Part shown: one piece after another, positions 60,198 to 64,000 of the stretch
Layout: each line of letters begins with the position of its first letter
How positions within the stretch are numbered: the first letter of the stretch is position 1
NCBI GenBank assembly: GCA_039024555.1
Contig: JBCCQQ010000007.1
Span: forward strand, 84,491 to 148,490
DNA from: Cyanobacteria bacterium P01_D01_bin.156
GTDB lineage: Bacteria > Cyanobacteriota > Cyanobacteriia > Phormidesmidales > Phormidesmidaceae
Length of the DNA stretch: 64,000 nt
Reading direction: 5' to 3'
Notes under the pieces: model-generated
Told to the model about the DNA's origin: nothing
What the model saw: only the letters and a program-made list of their open reading frames with translations
Database searches by the model: none
Position numbers and translations under genes: made by a program

Positions 60198-60728
60198 TTA
60201 TGAAGAGCTTTCGGAAGATGGTGTTTGGGGCGGAGTGAGCTTACATTCGATGGCGACTTTGACGCTGCATTCGACAGAACTGGAGGCAATATAGGGAATT
60301 TGAGCTGTAGTATCCAGGCCAATGCCAAATTCGAGCACCACTTTTTCAATTTCAACTTCGGTGAGGGCGGTGTCGCGGATATCTTTTATCAGGTGGGTGG
60401 TATAGGCTTTGACCAGGGTGCCCACCCGCTGTGCAGGGGTTGGTTTAGGTGGGGTAGTGGGTTGATTGGCAGAGCCATCAGTACGTGAAGTGCCGTGGCG
60501 GTTGGGGTATTGCCAGCCTTTGGATACACGGCCAGATTCTTCAACTTCATCATCGTTATCAGACTCTGACGGTTCTGAGGTAGGGGACGGTGGGATTATG
60601 TCGTCTTCGAGGTCGTTGCTATCTGGGGTTTCTATGGCCTGGGTTAGTTCGCTGGTGTCGATGTCTTCGTTGGACTGGACGTAGATGATGGTGTCGTCGT
60701 CGAGGCGGAAGGGTTTGACTTTGCCCAT
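60198..60728 (-). CDS. CU044_2847/Trypco1-like protein
   Basis: N-terminal LDDDTIIYVQ, an acidic linker, and C-terminal IEKVVLEFGIGL....IPYIASSSVECSVKVAIEC. Confidence 0.8.
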   Translation of the reverse strand: MGKVKPFRLDDDTIIYVQSNEDIDTSELTQAIETPDSNDLEDDIIPPSPTSEPSESDNDDEVEESGRVSKGWQYPNRHGTSRTDGSANQPTTPPKPTPAQRVGTLVKAYTTHLIKDIRDTALTEVEIEKVVLEFGIGLDTTAQIPYIASSSVECSVKVAIECKLTPPQTPSSESSS

Positions 60729-60856
60729 GGTGTGTTTCTCAGGAGTTCAGGCTCATTTTGGCTCAAGTTTAGTATTTCTTTGATTACCTTTAGCAGGGAC
60801 TCAAATTCAAGTTGATTTGCACTATATTAGGTCAGTGCTAATGTGGCTGGCTGCCT

Positions 60857-63800
60857 ATGATTCGTGATGCGTTGGTCGTTGGGATTAACAATTATGAATA
60901 TGAACATTTGTCGCAACTTCAGGCTCCGGCTAATGATGCGGAGTTGATTGCCCAGCGATTAGAGGCACAGGGGTTTTGGCAGGTAAAACGATTGCCAGAG
61001 GCAACGACGAAAAGTGGAAAGCAGCGGGTCAGCAGTAAAAAGATGCTGACGGTGCAGGAATTAGAAGATGCCATTGAGGATCTGTTTTATCCCAATACCA
61101 AGCGCAATAAGCCGGATGCGGCACTGCTATATTTCTCGGGGCATGGGTTACGGAAGGAAGGGCGTAGGCGGTCGGAAGGATTTTTGGCAGCTAGTGATGT
61201 GACTCCAGAGGGTGGCATTTGGGGACTGTCTTTGAAGTGGCTGCGGGAGTTGTTGCAAGATAGTCCGATTGCGTCTCAGGTGGTGTGGCTAGACTGTTGC
61301 CATAGTGGTGAGCTACTGAATTTTGAGGAGGGCAATCCGGGGGAGCAGGGATTGGCGAGAGATCGTTGTTTTATAGCGGCATCGCAGGATCATAAGCTGG
61401 CCTATGAGGGCGATGGCGATGTGCCTTACAGTGACCTGACACGGGTGCTGTGGCAGGGGCTGGATGCTGCGAATGGGGACGTTACGAGCTTTGACCTGCA
61501 GCGGTTTGTGGACGATGCATTTAGTCAGCAGACTCAGCGGCAACAGCAGCCTTTGTTTCAAACATCTGGTGGCAGTATCTTGCTGGTGCCGGGGGTGAAA
61601 AAGCCACAACAGGTAGTTGCTCAGGTTATCCGAGAAGAGAACCCTTACCAAGGATTAAATGCGTTTACGCAAAAGACGGCTGAGTTTTTCTTTGGTCGGG
61701 AAGTAGCGGCGCAAGAAATTTTGCAAAGGCTAAGTCAGTCGCCACTTGTGCCGGTGATTGGGGTGTCGGGTAGCGGGAAATCTTCGGTGGTGCGGGCAGG
61801 GGTGATGGCTTGGTTAGGCACATCGGCACGGTGGACGGTGCTGCCTGCCATTAAACCTGGGGACTCGCCCATTGATCCGGTGAATGAGATTAGTCGGGCG
61901 TTGACACAGGTCTGTGCCCAGGATAGTCAGAAGCCTCAGGTAGCCTTGGCGGTGGGTAATGGAAAACTTTCTGAAGCAGTGGAGCTTCTGCAAGGGGAAG
62001 AGAATCTGTTGCTAGTAGTGGATCAGTTTGAAGAGATTTTCACCGTATGCCCTCCGGAACAGGAAGCTGAGCGAAAGAGGTTTTTACAGCTATTGGTAGA
62101 TCTGTCGCAACAGCCGGACTCGCGGTTGCGGGTGTTGACCACGATGCGGGCGGACTTTTTTGAACAATGTTTGACTTACCGAGAGTTTGGCAAGGTGATC
62201 AAACGACAGCAGGTGTTGCTGTTGCCCATGGATGATGATGAGCTGCAGGCGGCCATAGCGGAACCGGCAGCAGTGCAGGGCTATGGCTTTGAAGAGCGTC
62301 TGTTGGAACTGATTTTAGAAGATGTGGCAGCAGAGAGTAACTGTTTGCCGCTGTTGCAGTTCGCCCTGACCCAGCTATGGGAACAGCGGGATCAAGAGCG
62401 TCATGTGCTAACGGAAACAGCCTATCGAAAAATGGGGCGGTTGATGGGGGCGCTAAACACCCATGCAGAATCGATTTATGCGGGCACCATTGCTGACCTG
62501 AAACTGCGGCTACGCTCAGATGAGCAGCGAGAGTGGGCTAGACGGATTTGCTTGAAGTTGGTACGCACGGGAACAGCTGCTAAAGATACCCGACAACGAC
62601 AACCGCTGTCGCTGGTGCTGGGGTTAGGACAGTCGCCCCAGGAGCAACAAGTCATTAAAGAGGTGATCCAGGTATTGGTAAACGGGCGGCTTTTGGTACA
62701 GGGTTCGGCTGTGGCTATGGCGGCTGAGACTGCACCGGAATCTTCAGCAATGGTTCAAGATAGTGGTAAGTCCGACGATGTTTGGATTGACCTGACCCAT
62801 GAAGCTTTGCTAGAGGGTTGGCAGCGCTTTGCTGAGGAGTGGCGAAAGGAAAATCGGGACTTGCGGCGGCTGGTGCAGCGGGTGGAAGATAGCGAAAAAG
62901 AATGGCAACAAAAGGGCAAGCAAGAAGGGTATCTGTTGCAAGGGGGCCTACTGGCGGAAGTGCGGAAGCAGTGGAACATGTTACAGGTAGAGTTGGGCCA
63001 GCATATGCAGCGATATTGCCAGCAAAGCGAGCAGCGAGAACAGGACCAGGTAGCCTTTCTGGAGCGGGCACTAACGGAGTCAAGGCTTCGGGAAGAGGCG
63101 ATGCAAATTCTAAACTTGACAAAAGCACGGCCCCACCCTGACCGGGCTGTACGGGCAATTCGAGCGGTGGGGACTAGCGAGCAAAAGCTAGATGGACGCA
63201 TTCTCACATCGGTACAGAACAATCTACCGACTGTGATTAATCGAATCCGTGAGTGTGGGTGTCTCCAGGGACATCTAACTTATGTTAGGTCGGTGGCCTT
63301 TAGCCCCGATGGCAAGACTGTGGTCAGTGGCAGTGATGACAAAACGATTCGACTATGGGACCTGAACGGAACGCCCATCGGTGAGCCCTTCGAGGGGCAT
63401 TCGGCTTCTATTTTGTCGGTGGCCTTTAGCCCCGATGGCAAGACTGTGGTCAGTGGCAGTTCTGATAAAACGATTCGACTGTGGGACTTGAACGGCACAC
63501 CCATCGGTGAGCCCTTCGAGGGGCATTCGGCTTATGTTAGGTCGGTGGCCTTTAGCCCCGATGGCAAGACTGTGGTCAGTGGCAGTTCTGATAAAACGAT
63601 TCGACTGTGGGACCTGAACGGAACGCCCATCGGTGAGCCCTTCGAGGGGCATTCGGATTATGTTAGGTCGGTGGCCTTTAGCCCCGATGGCAAGACCGTG
63701 GTCAGTGGCAGTGATGACAAAACAATTCGACTGTGGGACTTGAACGGCACACCCATCGGTGAGCCCTTTAAGGGGCATTCAGCTTCTGTTTGGTCGGTGA

Positions 63801-64000
63801 CCTTGAGTCCCGATGGCAAGACTGTGGTCAGTGGTAGTTCTGACAAAACGATTCGACTGTGGGACCTGAACGGAACTCTCATCGGTGAGCCCTTTAAGGG
63901 GCATTCGACTTATGTTTTGTCGGTGGCCTTTAGCCCCGATGGCAAGACTGTGGTCAGTGGCAGTTCTGATAAAACGATTCGACTGTGGGACCTGAACGGA
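60857..64000 (+). CDS. Caspase (peptidase C14) - STAND ATPase (nSTAND1-like) - WD40 repeat protein; 3'-truncated and not in the ORF track
   Basis: In-frame TAA at 60839, then ATG at 60857, open for 1048 codons to the window end. Motifs MIRDALVVGINNY, LLYFSGHG (His 61142), WLDCCHSG (Cys 61295), NPYQGL.AF...FFGRE, Walker A GVSGSGKS (61760), Walker B LLLVVDQFEE, MRADF, LPLLQFAL and HEALL, then GH...WD repeats. Confidence 0.92.
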   Translation, partial: MIRDALVVGINNYEYEHLSQLQAPANDAELIAQRLEAQGFWQVKRLPEATTKSGKQRVSSKKMLTVQELEDAIEDLFYPNTKRNKPDAALLYFSGHGLRKEGRRRSEGFLAASDVTPEGGIWGLSLKWLRELLQDSPIASQVVWLDCCHSGELLNFEEGNPGEQGLARDRCFIAASQDHKLAYEGDGDVPYSDLTRVLWQGLDAANGDVTSFDLQRFVDDAFSQQTQRQQQPLFQTSGGSILLVPGVKKPQQVVAQVIREENPYQGLNAFTQKTAEFFFGREVAAQEILQRLSQSPLVPVIGVSGSGKSSVVRAGVMAWLGTSARWTVLPAIKPGDSPIDPVNEISRALTQVCAQDSQKPQVALAVGNGKLSEAVELLQGEENLLLVVDQFEEIFTVCPPEQEAERKRFLQLLVDLSQQPDSRLRVLTTMRADFFEQCLTYREFGKVIKRQQVLLLPMDDDELQAAIAEPAAVQGYGFEERLLELILEDVAAESNCLPLLQFALTQLWEQRDQERHVLTETAYRKMGRLMGALNTHAESIYAGTIADLKLRLRSDEQREWARRICLKLVRTGTAAKDTRQRQPLSLVLGLGQSPQEQQVIKEVIQVLVNGRLLVQGSAVAMAAETAPESSAMVQDSGKSDDVWIDLTHEALLEGWQRFAEEWRKENRDLRRLVQRVEDSEKEWQQKGKQEGYLLQGGLLAEVRKQWNMLQVELGQHMQRYCQQSEQREQDQVAFLERALTESRLREEAMQILNLTKARPHPDRAVRAIRAVGTSEQKLDGRILTSVQNNLPTVINRIRECGCLQGHLTYVRSVAFSPDGKTVVSGSDDKTIRLWDLNGTPIGEPFEGHSASILSVAFSPDGKTVVSGSSDKTIRLWDLNGTPIGEPFEGHSAYVRSVAFSPDGKTVVSGSSDKTIRLWDLNGTPIGEPFEGHSDYVRSVAFSPDGKTVVSGSDDKTIRLWDLNGTPIGEPFKGHSASVWSVTLSPDGKTVVSGSSDKTIRLWDLNGTLIGEPFKGHSTYVLSVAFSPDGKTVVSGSSDKTIRLWDLNG
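63263..64000 (+). repeat. Tandem 126-nt (42-aa) near-identical WD40 repeats, at least 6 units
   Basis: Units start at 63263, 63389, 63515, 63641, 63767 and 63893. Consensus FEGHSxxVxSVAFSPDGKTVVSGSxDKTIRLWDLNGTPIGEP. Confidence 0.97.

Noticed and set aside
61313..63222. Track ORFs at 61313, 62715, 62755 and 62902
   Set aside because: All overlap the long caspase-STAND frame and show no recognisable motifs.
63263..64000. Tandem repeats as a CRISPR array, and the minus-strand ORFs 63280-63882
   Set aside because: The units are contiguous 126-nt in-frame coding repeats with no unique spacers. The minus-strand ORFs are antisense shadows of the WD40 repeats.
1..64000. tRNA, rRNA, transposase, integrase or cas genes
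   Set aside because: None recognised on either strand. Short GGTTC-like matches lack cloverleaf context.

Overview
Chromosomal window from a cyanobacterium; the HIP1 octamer GCGATCGC is frequent, and ndhD, ccsA, Ycf66, DUF4327, DUF1997 and a PatA-like regulator are present. About 1-32 kb is mostly housekeeping: partial GAF sensor, pyrD, dapB, an IF-3 gene, nitroreductase, nfi, class-3 lipase, Nif3, Na/Pi symporter, thrS, thrB, ndhD, a Ni/Co ECF transporter, pgi, ccsA and folP. About 32-56.5 kb is an AT-richer, HIP1-poor region with a TpsB-type transporter followed by a Wzy-dependent polysaccharide cluster. That cluster has Wza, a kinase-less Wzc, Wzy, Wzx, GT4 and GT2 enzymes, a fungal-type GT71-like mannosyltransferase, a GH9 glycanase, an acyltransferase, a deacetylase and an alkaline-phosphatase-superfamily enzyme. 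56.5-59.6 kb is an arsR-arsP-orf-arsH organoarsenical operon with two matching operators. The window ends in a candidate NLR-like conflict system: a Trypco1/CU044_2847-like gene divergent from a caspase-STAND ATPase-WD40 ORF. That ORF runs off the window, is absent from the supplied ORF track, and has near-identical 126-nt WD40 repeats that vary at a few codons. Other signals are an 83-nt dispersed repeat in 3 copies, two divergent genes sharing one CATG start, an N-terminal fusion on FolP, a probable ATC start for infC, a GFA pseudogene fragment and several long palindromes. All family calls are from recognised motifs; no database search was run.
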